Below are positions 8,171 to 16,723 of a stretch of 52,813 bases of DNA, piece after piece. The stretch's first letter is position 1. Each line of letters starts with the position of its first letter. Under the pieces are notes generated by a model that saw only the letters and a program-made list of their open reading frames with translations, did not search any database and was not told the origin of the DNA. Position numbers and translations under genes: made by a program. The DNA lies in the IMG/VR virus record IMGVR_UViG_3300033513_000011, positions 1-52,813 of that record, one strand, 5' to 3'. Source of the stretch: a virus (lineage: Duplodnaviria; Caudoviricetes).

Positions 8171-8462
8171 CGAATTCGCCTGGAGGGCTTCGAAGGAATT
8201 CAAGTCGGGTGAGATCTGCCGGGTAGAAAACTATCTGGGTACTTGCAATAACTGTGGGGGAGAGATACGTTTCGACTCGATGTTTGCCATGTATATTGGG
8301 CGTTATGTGGATGAGGCGGGCAACATTTATGACCGCTGGGTGCCGTGTTTCTATCTGATGTGCCACAGTTGTCGTTTCTTCATGGATGGGATTAACTGGT
8401 ACATGCCGATCGTGGCGCCGGCGTTATTTAGGAAGGAGGAGAAAGATGAAAAACCGGGATAG
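8163..8462 (+). CDS. zinc-ribbon-like hypothetical protein
   Basis: GGAGG RBS; CNNC...CHSC. Confidence 0.6.
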   Translation: MSDEFAWRASKEFKSGEICRVENYLGTCNNCGGEIRFDSMFAMYIGRYVDEAGNIYDRWVPCFYLMCHSCRFFMDGINWYMPIVAPALFRKEEKDEKPG

Positions 8463-8820
8463 GATCATGGGAATGATTGAGCGGGGCCAGTACCGCAAGT
8501 TGGGGGATGCGGGAATTCTGCTGAAGGCGTTTAATCAGATAGGGATACCCTGGGACTTGGGCACGGTCGAGGGCTTGGGCGACATACACTTCGAGGACGG
8601 AGAGCTGGTTGGCGAGGGCGGGCCGCTGAAGGCCATTCACATATCCATACCGCCCAACGCCGAGGAGCCGCAGGTGGCCATCTTCAGCTTCACTCCGGAG
8701 GGCAAGTTCAATGCAGCCTATGTGGAGAACGCTGAGCCTTTGGGCTACCAGGTAGACCCGGACATGCCTGACGAATTGCGAGGTGGCTGGCTGAACGCAA
8801 CCGACAAGCGGGAGGACTGA
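8446..8820 (+). CDS. hypothetical protein
   Basis: Start MKNRDR at 8446 after AAGGAGGAG. Confidence 0.7.
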   Translation: MKNRDRIMGMIERGQYRKLGDAGILLKAFNQIGIPWDLGTVEGLGDIHFEDGELVGEGGPLKAIHISIPPNAEEPQVAIFSFTPEGKFNAAYVENAEPLGYQVDPDMPDELRGGWLNATDKRED

Positions 8821-9158
8821 TGAAGCTAATATCTGTCACCGAAGCCTTGCCCACCCATACCGATATAAAGCTCGTCTACAATCAGAATGCGGAATGGCAG
8901 GGCATCGGCATTACTGAGTGGAATCTTGGCTGGTATGCCCCGCAGACCCACCAGTGGGTTTGTAACCGCCCCTGGGAGCATAAGGATGTCACGCATTGGT
9001 GTGATCTGCCCGAAACTCCGGGTCGCAACAAAGAGGAAGAGCTGCGGACCGCACTGAGGGACATGATTCAGCTGATCGACGAACATGGCTCGCCGGTGAT
9101 GAAAGCTCACAGCCTGCGGATCCTGAAAGCCCGCTCCGCCCTGGAGGATCGCCGATGA
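8820..9158 (+). CDS. DUF551-like phage protein
   Basis: ISVTEALP...VTHWCDLPETP signature. Confidence 0.65.
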   Translation: MKLISVTEALPTHTDIKLVYNQNAEWQGIGITEWNLGWYAPQTHQWVCNRPWEHKDVTHWCDLPETPGRNKEEELRTALRDMIQLIDEHGSPVMKAHSLRILKARSALEDRR

Positions 9159-9403
9159 AGCTATTCCAGATTCCAGGGGAGGGGCCGGACTTCAAGCCGT
9201 CGCTTACCCTCAAGGTTTTGTGGTTTGCGAGTGATGTGAGCCTATGGACGCTATGGCTATTTTGCCTTATTGCTTCCATATTCAGCGAAAAGGTGGCGGT
9301 TCAGCTGGGCGCACTGTTCATTGTGCTGTTCATCCCGGCCGTAGAGATCAAAATGTACATAATGGAGAAGCGCTATGGACAATCCAATCGAGATTCACGT
9401 TGA
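9155..9403 (+). CDS. small membrane protein
   Basis: Two hydrophobic segments; ATGA coupling. Confidence 0.6.
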   Translation: MKLFQIPGEGPDFKPSLTLKVLWFASDVSLWTLWLFCLIASIFSEKVAVQLGALFIVLFIPAVEIKMYIMEKRYGQSNRDSR

Positions 9404-9719
9404 CTGGGGCGACGACTTTCAGCAGAACGTGGACGTTTTTATCATGACCAGGGACATGGACTTCCACGCTCATAGGGTGATGATCACTGAGCTTCCGGAG
9501 ACAGTGGGAGAAGTATTTACCTATCGACCTGCAGTCGCCAGCATGACCCGCAAGAGCTGTCAGTGGCTGATGGATCGTTTATGGGGAATGGGCTTCAGGC
9601 CAGCTAATGATGCCACTCCAGGCCAGCTCAAAGCTATGCAGGATCACCTGGATGACCTGCGGATGCAGAACCATTCCATGCTAGAAGTGATCCTGGGTTA
9701 CTTCAGGAAACGGGGCTAA
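9375..9719 (+). CDS. hypothetical protein
   Basis: 114 aa, GGAG RBS. Confidence 0.65.
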   Translation: MDNPIEIHVDWGDDFQQNVDVFIMTRDMDFHAHRVMITELPETVGEVFTYRPAVASMTRKSCQWLMDRLWGMGFRPANDATPGQLKAMQDHLDDLRMQNHSMLEVILGYFRKRG

Positions 9720-9721
9720 CA

Positions 9722-10123
9722 ATGGACACTATTACAATTGATCCATTTGCAGAGTACACCAAGGAGCAGCTGATTGTGCTTCTGAAGGCTGAGACGGTCC
9801 GCCATGAGAACCAGGCCGAGCGGGTGCGCAACCTGGAGAATGAGAACCGTCGCCAGTATGCTGACTTCCAAGCAACTATCCAGAGGCTGCAGTCTCCCAG
9901 CATACACTGGGCTGATGCAGACAAGATAATGTATTTTCTAATAGAGCTGGTTGGTACTGTGCGTCCTCTTCTGGGCGTAGAGCACATCAAGTATGGTGTG
10001 CGCAACTTGTGCTACGGGATGAACCCCGAGGGCACCAAGAAAGTGGAGATAGCCCCTCCTGTTCGCAATGTAGCTCGGATCGTACGCGATATTCAGGATT
10101 ACTTTGACTGGGATGATGAGTGA
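9722..10123 (+). CDS. hypothetical protein with coiled coil
   Basis: 133 aa in operon. Confidence 0.65.
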   Translation: MDTITIDPFAEYTKEQLIVLLKAETVRHENQAERVRNLENENRRQYADFQATIQRLQSPSIHWADADKIMYFLIELVGTVRPLLGVEHIKYGVRNLCYGMNPEGTKKVEIAPPVRNVARIVRDIQDYFDWDDE

Positions 10124-10406
10124 CAGCATGCCAACGCACTTGATCATTGTAGAGAACCACGAGCGCCGGCGGCTGTTCATGGCGGAGGTTAGGCGTGAGG
10201 CTCACCGGCAAGGCCGAGTGGATGTGTACCTGGATAACGGAGGTCGCCTTCGGGATGAGCATGGCAACCGGGTTATTGTTCTGACGAGGAGTGAGGTAGA
10301 TATAGAGGTTCGAGGTATTGAGTTTTCTAGCTGGGCAATCCTAGACCCTGGGCTTGAACTGGATGCCAGAATCGTCAATCTCCTGGAGAGCCGGCGCCGA
10401 GAGTAA
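10116..10406 (+). CDS. hypothetical protein
   Basis: ORF overlapping upstream stop; exact start uncertain. Confidence 0.55.
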   Translation: MSDSMPTHLIIVENHERRRLFMAEVRREAHRQGRVDVYLDNGGRLRDEHGNRVIVLTRSEVDIEVRGIEFSSWAILDPGLELDARIVNLLESRRRE

Positions 10407-10484
10407 GGTAACAGAATTGTCAGACATTCGTTAAGTTATATAGAGTACAATCATTCAAGCAGGCTTGCACATGTCTATGGAGCA

Positions 10485-11039
10485 ATGACAATGACTAATG
10501 AACAATATCAAATTCTTCGAAGGTTGTTTGGCGGCCTGAGTGCAGTGGGAATAGGCGCAGTCAGCGTCTTCTTCTCCCAGGATGGCTTCAACATCTCGGT
10601 GCCCAAGATGGGCTGGGTCGGCTGGATGCTGGCCTTCTGTCTGGTGCCCATCGAGATCGTTTGGAACCACGAACGGCACAGGTCGGGAATGCTCTGGATA
10701 GCCGGGGCTGCAGCTTATCTCTATGGGATCGTGACAAACACTGTGGGGATCATGAACCTTCAGGGTTTCAACACACTTCCCTGGGACAAACCGTGGCTTT
10801 TCATCATACCGGTAGTGATCGGCTTCTTCGTTGAGTGGGTGCCAGAACCGCTGTTGAACGTGGTGCTGGTGAACGAGGAAGAGGAGATCGAGGATATCCT
10901 GAGGCCAAACAATCATCGGAGGCAGCCTGCTCCTCGCTCTGGACAACCCCAGCCGGTCTATGTTCCAGGCTCACAGGAGCAAATACCCTTGGAAGCCCCT
11001 AACCCGCCAGTCTACTTTCCTACAAGGGCCAGGCGTTAG
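10485..11039 (+). CDS. multi-pass membrane protein
   Basis: About four hydrophobic segments and a Pro-rich tail. Confidence 0.7.
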   Translation: MTMTNEQYQILRRLFGGLSAVGIGAVSVFFSQDGFNISVPKMGWVGWMLAFCLVPIEIVWNHERHRSGMLWIAGAAAYLYGIVTNTVGIMNLQGFNTLPWDKPWLFIIPVVIGFFVEWVPEPLLNVVLVNEEEEIEDILRPNNHRRQPAPRSGQPQPVYVPGSQEQIPLEAPNPPVYFPTRARR

Positions 11040-11068
11040 GGCAGCCAGGGCTGTACCTGGAGGCCAAT

Positions 11069-11290
11069 ATGTCCGATGAAGCGATCGGAGCGGATGATCC
11101 CCGCTTCGAACAACTCTATGCTGTCTGGATAAAGGAACAAAAACCGGGTTACATCACGCTTGAGAATGGCGGGATGTTCCGTATCCTGCAGCCATCTGAT
11201 GGAGTGGTCAAGTTCCTGCCGGTACAGGGGGGCGTCGACGGCATGTACTCCTCAACCAGTGCCAGGGCTATCAGTGGAGACCGAAGATGA
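11069..11290 (+). CDS. hypothetical protein
   Basis: GGAGG RBS, ATGA coupling to next gene. Confidence 0.5.
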   Translation: MSDEAIGADDPRFEQLYAVWIKEQKPGYITLENGGMFRILQPSDGVVKFLPVQGGVDGMYSSTSARAISGDRR

Positions 11291-11628
11291 GCGACACCGA
11301 CACTGAAGCCACTGCCAAGCCAGAGGGCGAGCTACTCACAGTAACCGCCGCTGAGACACCCTGCCCCGAGGAACCAAAACCGGTGGTCAGTAAAGACCGC
11401 TGGACAATACTTACCCTGCTTACTTTCAAACATACCCCGCTGGATGTCAAGCGGATCAAGCTGGAGGACGGCCCTTATGTGCTGGTCTTCACTTTTCCTC
11501 CGGACAGCAAGGATCTGTACGAGCGCTACATGCGTGGCGAGAAGCTGCCCGTCGAGGATATCCGGGAGGTCGAGCGCGCCGAGCGCGTGTTCAAGGGCTA
11601 TCTGCACCGCTTTTCCGCATCTATGTAA
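11287..11628 (+). CDS. hypothetical protein, DUF5659-like
   Basis: Pattern LLTF...LVFTF...YMRGEKLPVED...FKGYLH resembles DUF5659 (by eye); immediately upstream of terminase. Confidence 0.55.
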   Translation: MSDTDTEATAKPEGELLTVTAAETPCPEEPKPVVSKDRWTILTLLTFKHTPLDVKRIKLEDGPYVLVFTFPPDSKDLYERYMRGEKLPVEDIREVERAERVFKGYLHRFSASM

Positions 11629-11673
11629 AATGTGCCATGTCGCATCTAACCGCGCAAGACCTGAGGTCTATGG

Positions 11674-13335
11674 TTGCGACAGGAAACGTCTCTCACACCG
11701 TCGGAGATCGAGATCCTGCGCGTCTCCGACAAAGATCCGGACCAGTTTACTGACTACTTCTTCAGACCGCATGGCGAGGACAAAGGCTGGCGGTTTGATG
11801 AGAACTTCACCCCCGAGGGTGCCTGGCAGAAAACTGTTCACGTAGCCGAGCAGCGGGACATCACCGTCATTGGGGGCTTTGGCACGGGAAAAACTGTTGG
11901 TATCGGTATGAGCGCCACTGTCTGGGCAAGTGTGACGCGGGACTTCAAGTTCCTAAACGTAGCCCCCAAGGCATGGCAGGCCAAGCTGATGTACGATGCC
12001 ATCCTGACCAATGCCCGCAACACCCGCTTCGAAGACCTGATCTGGGAGAAGCCCCGTAAACCCCATCCGAAGATCGTCATCCGCTACAAGATAGGCAAGG
12101 TGCTCTATGAAAGCTCGCTCGAGTTTATGTCTGCCGACAAGGACGCTACAGGTATTCTGTCCTGGGAAGGCGACTGGCTCCACATTGACGAGGCAGGGCT
12201 TCTTGACAACCTCGAGGAAGTCATCATCAACGCCGGATCCCGCTTGCGTGGCGCTGTGCGAGGTCGATCCCGCCTGGGTCGTTTTTCCATGGCGTCTAAC
12301 TCCTGGGATAACTTCTACCTCTGGTACTACTATGACCAGGCTGCGGGGGATCCGGAAAACTTCCTCTCGATCGTAGTCTCCTCCCGCCATAACAAGAACA
12401 TTACACCCCAGCAGCTAGCTCGTATGCTGGCCCGTATCCCCGCTGATGAGCGCCCACGCTACATCGAGGGCTTGCGTCCAGAGGGCAAGGGCTGGTACTT
12501 CTCCAAAGAGAAGATCTATGACTGTGAGGACCCTCTGGCTGGGTCGATCATCGAAGCCCAGGCTGGTAGGGACGCATCTGGCTTTGCCTACGAGAAGCTG
12601 TATGGCGCCGGCGTTATTCACTTCAAGATTCCACCCCGCCCCGGCAGGCTTTACATGGTCTTCGGCGATCCTGGTACAGGCGCTGCGCCTCAGAGAAACG
12701 CTCCTGTCCTCATGGTATGGGACGTGACTAGCTTTCCCCAGCGCCCGGCCACTCTCATGGCTTTCTGGTGGGGCAATGGTGGTGGGCGCATCAGCCCCTG
12801 GGTGGAGAAGATGTTCGACTTCATCAAGGAATACCGCCCGATCTATGCCGGAGTCGACGCCACCGGCCCGCAGAAGAACATGAACTACCTGATCAATGAG
12901 CACCTGTTCAAGGAGCGCTTCAAGCATGAGGGCATCGATGGCGAGCCTGGCTACCTCAGTCCATTCGGGATGGTGCGCGGCATTGGCAGCCTGGACTTCT
13001 CAGGCGCCATGAAGCATACCTACCTGCAAGCCAGCCGGCTGCTCATCGAGGCTAACCTGCTCTCCTGGCCCAAAGCCGTGGTGGGCATCCGCTCCCAGCT
13101 CTCCAACTACGACCCAGAAAACGACAAGAGGATCGCCCAAGACATCGTGGCGACCATCGGGATGAGTGCCCATGCTATCCGTATCTGGTTTCACGTTGAC
13201 CCTCAGTCGCTTATTGCTGAGACTCGTCAGGTGGTCGATCAGCCAGCTGATGAGACTCGAAGACTACCTCCTGGCGGTCGATCACGTCGATCAAACCGTT
13301 CACGCACGCCGCAAGCTGTACCGCGCGTTGCGTAA
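11674..13335 (+). CDS. terL: terminase large subunit
   Basis: Walker A GGFGTGKT, Walker B WLHIDEAG, coupling motif MASN, RNase H-like nuclease FGDPG / GVDATG / QDIV; upstream of portal. Confidence 0.92.
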   Translation: MRQETSLTPSEIEILRVSDKDPDQFTDYFFRPHGEDKGWRFDENFTPEGAWQKTVHVAEQRDITVIGGFGTGKTVGIGMSATVWASVTRDFKFLNVAPKAWQAKLMYDAILTNARNTRFEDLIWEKPRKPHPKIVIRYKIGKVLYESSLEFMSADKDATGILSWEGDWLHIDEAGLLDNLEEVIINAGSRLRGAVRGRSRLGRFSMASNSWDNFYLWYYYDQAAGDPENFLSIVVSSRHNKNITPQQLARMLARIPADERPRYIEGLRPEGKGWYFSKEKIYDCEDPLAGSIIEAQAGRDASGFAYEKLYGAGVIHFKIPPRPGRLYMVFGDPGTGAAPQRNAPVLMVWDVTSFPQRPATLMAFWWGNGGGRISPWVEKMFDFIKEYRPIYAGVDATGPQKNMNYLINEHLFKERFKHEGIDGEPGYLSPFGMVRGIGSLDFSGAMKHTYLQASRLLIEANLLSWPKAVVGIRSQLSNYDPENDKRIAQDIVATIGMSAHAIRIWFHVDPQSLIAETRQVVDQPADETRRLPPGGRSRRSNRSRTPQAVPRVA

Positions 13336-13347
13336 AGGTAGGCAGAG

Positions 13348-13740
13348 ATGAGCGCCAAGCGAAAACCCAAGACAAAAGGCGAGCTGGTCAAGGACTACTT
13401 CACCAAATGGCTGACGCCCCTGGGCCTGCTCTGGTGGAGCGTCAAGGTCAGCTACTACGATGATCCCAACGAGGTCCTACAGATCTTTGGTGATCCCGGC
13501 GAGAACCGCGCTGTTTTCGCGCATACCACCGTCGACTGGAAATACAGTATTGCCTGGATCCAGGTCAACCTGCTGGCTGTAAATATCACTCCAGAAGAAG
13601 ACCTCGAAGAGGCGGTCGTCCACGAGCTGGTGCATATCTTGGTCAACGAGATGCGAGAGGGGGAGATGCACCATGAGGAAAGAGTCGTCACCGGACTGCA
13701 GAAAGCCTTCATCTGGGTTTCTCAGGAAAAGTGGGGATGA
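13348..13740 (+). CDS. HExxH zinc-metallopeptidase-like protein
   Basis: VVHELVHILV motif with downstream EE. Confidence 0.65.
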   Translation: MSAKRKPKTKGELVKDYFTKWLTPLGLLWWSVKVSYYDDPNEVLQIFGDPGENRAVFAHTTVDWKYSIAWIQVNLLAVNITPEEDLEEAVVHELVHILVNEMREGEMHHEERVVTGLQKAFIWVSQEKWG

Positions 13741-13750
13741 GCGCCCTGTC

Positions 13751-13759
13751 TGTTATAAT
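13751..13759 (+). promoter_or_regulatory. extended -10 promoter element
   Basis: TGTTATAAT = TGnTATAAT consensus in the intergenic gap before portal. Confidence 0.5.
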
Positions 13760-13767
13760 AGGCACAA

Positions 13768-13829
13768 GCGCAATGGCACATGGATATGGAATCGATGACT
13801 TTCCTGTCCGTGCCATTGTGTTTTTATTT
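13768..13829 (+). terminator. long hairpin plus T tract in portal leader
   Basis: CAATGGCAC/GTGCCATTG stem, extendable by GU pairs, followed by TTTTTATTT. Confidence 0.45.
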
Positions 13830-13840
13830 GGGAGGATGCC

Positions 13841-15490
13841 ATGGTCCTAAATGCCCTACGAGAACTGTTTGTAGGTGTGGAAAAATTCGACCTCCAGAAC
13901 CTGGAAGGCTTTCCCTACGAGAAGTACGAAGAACAGTGGATGCAGTACAGCGAAGCTGAGCGTTGGTTTAACGGCTCAGCCCTGGGTGACCAGCCCGAAG
14001 CCAGGAATAAGGCTGACCTCTATCCCCTGCGCATCAATCCCATTGTCGGCACTGTCCTCAAGCATACCTCTACCCTATTCGGTGAGGTAGAGGATGACGC
14101 CCGGCCCCTCGTGGTGCCCAAGGTCAAATATTCCTCGAAGAACCAGGGTGAGAAAGCCAAGGCGCTTCAGGCTGAGCGTGCCCTGAATGACCTGTGGGAT
14201 GAGAACCACGGGCGGGCGATCATGGTGGAAAATGGCCTTATGAGCCAGGTTTACGGCGGCTGCGTCTTCAAGCTAACCTACGTTCCCTGGGAGGGCATTG
14301 ACAAAGGCGGGCGCCGGCGCACTCCACTCCGTATCGAGCGCATCAACCCAAAGAACTTCATTGCTACCCCCGATGCCTCAGATGACTATAACCTACTGGA
14401 AGCCTGGATCGTACGCTCTATCAGCCTGGTTGAGGCTAAGCTCTGGGGATACACCGGCGATGATCCCAGCGTGTGGTACGTTGAGCATTGGATGCCAGAG
14501 ACCTACGAGGTCTTCATCGATGGAAAGCCAGCTCGGCGCCAGGGGTGGGAGCTGGGGGGCGAGAATATTTGGAAGTTTGTACCTGCAGTCTATATCCCCC
14601 ACATCCGCATCGGCGGCTTTCTCGGCTTCAACGCTTATTCCCACCTGGTTGGCATGGTCAAGGAGCTGAACCTGCGCTTTGGCGACCTGGGTGACTCAGT
14701 GAATGACGACAGCCACCCGATCATCGCCGTGCGCAACGCTGGCGGCGCCCTGCAGGTCAGGCGGGTCAACGAATGGCTGGAGTATGTCGACCTGGGCACC
14801 GACCCCGGCCTCAGCTCAGCTGAGCGCCCTCCGGATATGTTCGAGGTCAACCGTGCCAGGACTTCTTCCGCTATGACTGACCTGATCGATAAGATCGAGG
14901 GCCAGTACGACCGTGACAGCTTTGTGCCTCCTGTGGCTTACGGAGAAGACGAGGGAAGCCAGCGCTCCAGTCTGACCCTGGCTACTCGCTTCTGGCCGCT
15001 CACCTCCCATACAAGCATCGAGCGTTACTTCTGGACGCCAGCCCTGAACTTGCTATCTCAGTTTATGCTGCGCATGATGGCAATCAAAAGCCTGAATGAC
15101 ATAACCGAGGAGCACTCCAAGCTGCGTATCAAGCAGAAGTGGGCTAACCAGTTACCCAAGGATCGAGCTGAGGATATCAATGAATGGCAGATACGGGCTA
15201 CATCTAACTTGGCCTCCGTTGAGCATTTGATCGAGATGGCCGGCGACGTGGAGGACGTTGATGAAGAGCGGGATATGATCCTAAAGTGGGTCGCCGATCT
15301 CGAGGAAGCCAAACAGAAGGTTATCCAGAAGTATGCCCTGCAGCTCCAACAGGACCAGAACGAGGCCGCAGCTACCCAGCAGAAAGCCCAACTCGAAACG
15401 CAAGAGAAGGTCGCCAAGACCCAGGCTGACTCATTTGCGCAGCGCCCTCCTCCACAGCGTGGAGGAAAACCCGCCGGAGGTGCCCAATGA
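13841..15490 (+). CDS. portal protein (SPP1 gp6-like)
   Basis: 549 aa after terL; S..YGG..F motif, FVPAVYIPH, GSQRSSLTL, charged helical C-terminus. Confidence 0.85.
   Translation: MVLNALRELFVGVEKFDLQNLEGFPYEKYEEQWMQYSEAERWFNGSALGDQPEARNKADLYPLRINPIVGTVLKHTSTLFGEVEDDARPLVVPKVKYSSKNQGEKAKALQAERALNDLWDENHGRAIMVENGLMSQVYGGCVFKLTYVPWEGIDKGGRRRTPLRIERINPKNFIATPDASDDYNLLEAWIVRSISLVEAKLWGYTGDDPSVWYVEHWMPETYEVFIDGKPARRQGWELGGENIWKFVPAVYIPHIRIGGFLGFNAYSHLVGMVKELNLRFGDLGDSVNDDSHPIIAVRNAGGALQVRRVNEWLEYVDLGTDPGLSSAERPPDMFEVNRARTSSAMTDLIDKIEGQYDRDSFVPPVAYGEDEGSQRSSLTLATRFWPLTSHTSIERYFWTPALNLLSQFMLRMMAIKSLNDITEEHSKLRIKQKWANQLPKDRAEDINEWQIRATSNLASVEHLIEMAGDVEDVDEERDMILKWVADLEEAKQKVIQKYALQLQQDQNEAAATQQKAQLETQEKVAKTQADSFAQRPPPQRGGKPAGGAQ
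15451..15463 (+). repeat. palindrome TCCAC-N3-GTGGA copy 4
   Basis: TCCTCCACAGCGTGGAGGA near portal 3' end. Confidence 0.85.
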
Positions 15491-15873
15491 CCAGGGAAAA
15501 GCAGGATATTCTCGAGGACTTCTACGCGGGCAACTACAAAGTCCTGCATGACACCATCCTGGATGCCAGCGGTAATCCGATGCCCCTTGACGGCTGCGAG
15601 ATCACCTTCGCCCTTTTCGATGACAAGAATGTGATCCACATCGTCAAAAGCTCCGTAGACCCCACGCAGATCGACGTGGTTGGGGTCGGGGAAGTGGACA
15701 TCATCTTGCTGCCTGAAGACAGCCTGAAACTGCAAGGGCTGTATCGATACCATGTAAATGTAGTCGATGGCAATGGCTATGAAGAAACCGTGACCACTGG
15801 GAAGATCCATATCTTCGCCTCGTTTGCTCGCAGGCCGAGGGCTGAATCTGTCCCTGCATACCTTTCGGGATAA
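15487..15873 (+). CDS. BppU-N-like Ig-fold virion protein
   Basis: D..G.P..L.G..I.F...GEVDIILLPEDS..L.G.Y.Y.V...TVTTG pattern. Confidence 0.6.
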   Translation: MTREKQDILEDFYAGNYKVLHDTILDASGNPMPLDGCEITFALFDDKNVIHIVKSSVDPTQIDVVGVGEVDIILLPEDSLKLQGLYRYHVNVVDGNGYEETVTTGKIHIFASFARRPRAESVPAYLSG

Positions 15874-15888
15874 CCCTAGGAGGCTATA

Positions 15889-16482
15889 ATGGCTACCTTT
15901 ACATGGGAAGTCTACGCCAACACACCTGGCTGGTTTGGCGTAGGTGCTAACACCATCGTTTTTGCTGGCTCTGGCGGTCTGTCTACCCCGATCACAGTCG
16001 GCACTTGGCAAGCCGAGACGCATCTTGGCTCCGGCGACCCTGGCACCGACCAGTGCGGCACCAACCACGTTCCCAACGTCAAGTATGTCTCTGGCACTCA
16101 GTTCGATGGTGGCAGTGGAACCGAGACCCTGAACGATACCAACCTGGCGCAGACCGAGTGTACGCTGCGGGTGAAGTTCACCGACGCCAGCTCCGTGGCG
16201 ACCTCCAACGCCCGCTTTTACTCGTTTGACGGTACCACCGAGACAGCTGAGGCTGTGGGCATCGAGGCGTACGCCTTCGAGCGTGGCGTCTCCGCGACTG
16301 CCTGGACGCAGATCAACGACGACTCGGCCAACATCGGCGGTGACAACTCCGGCGAACGGCTGGGTCTTTCCGATCAGGCTGCAGGCACCGAGCACTACTT
16401 CTACATCGCTATCAGTGCCCGCCCGGAAAGCGTTGGTGCCAAAACCCAGTTTGACTTTGGCATCGCATTGACCTACTCGTAA
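15889..16482 (+). CDS. putative virion structural protein (beta-rich)
   Basis: 197 aa, G/T/S-rich, AGGAGG RBS, capsid-gene-like codon usage. Confidence 0.65.
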   Translation: MATFTWEVYANTPGWFGVGANTIVFAGSGGLSTPITVGTWQAETHLGSGDPGTDQCGTNHVPNVKYVSGTQFDGGSGTETLNDTNLAQTECTLRVKFTDASSVATSNARFYSFDGTTETAEAVGIEAYAFERGVSATAWTQINDDSANIGGDNSGERLGLSDQAAGTEHYFYIAISARPESVGAKTQFDFGIALTYS

Positions 16483-16721
16483 TGCGAGAGCTACTGGCGG
16501 CCTACGCTCATAGGGCTTGGTCAGGCTGGATGAGCTATCTCTTCTCCAAATGCGAGACCCAGCCAGATGGCCGTGTCTATCTGCCTTCCTGGGCGGTAGA
16601 GCGCTGGAAACGCCAGCTGACAACGCCTTACGCCGACCTTTCGGAGGAAGAAAAGGCTACTGACCGCCAAGAGGCTGACTGCATTCTCGAGGTTATCTAT
16701 GAAGCTATGAGGAGACCCTAA
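16482..16721 (+). CDS. RyR-domain-like small protein
   Basis: AHRAW...TPYADLSEEEKATDR matches the H..W...PY..L.E.EK..DR RyR-repeat pattern. Confidence 0.55.
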   Translation: MRELLAAYAHRAWSGWMSYLFSKCETQPDGRVYLPSWAVERWKRQLTTPYADLSEEEKATDRQEADCILEVIYEAMRRP

Positions 16722-16723
16722 AT

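Noticed and set aside
10410-10455. sigma70 promoter (TTGTCA ... TACAAT)
   Set aside because: AT-rich and plausible, but spacing between the candidate -35 and -10 does not fit 16-18 bp
11069-11628. Terminase small subunit call for the genes upstream of terL
   Set aside because: Position fits, but no HTH or oligomerisation pattern supports it
15058-16623. 521-aa minus-strand ORF
   Set aside because: Antisense to portal and three coupled plus-strand genes; no RBS or motif; expected in GC-rich coding DNA
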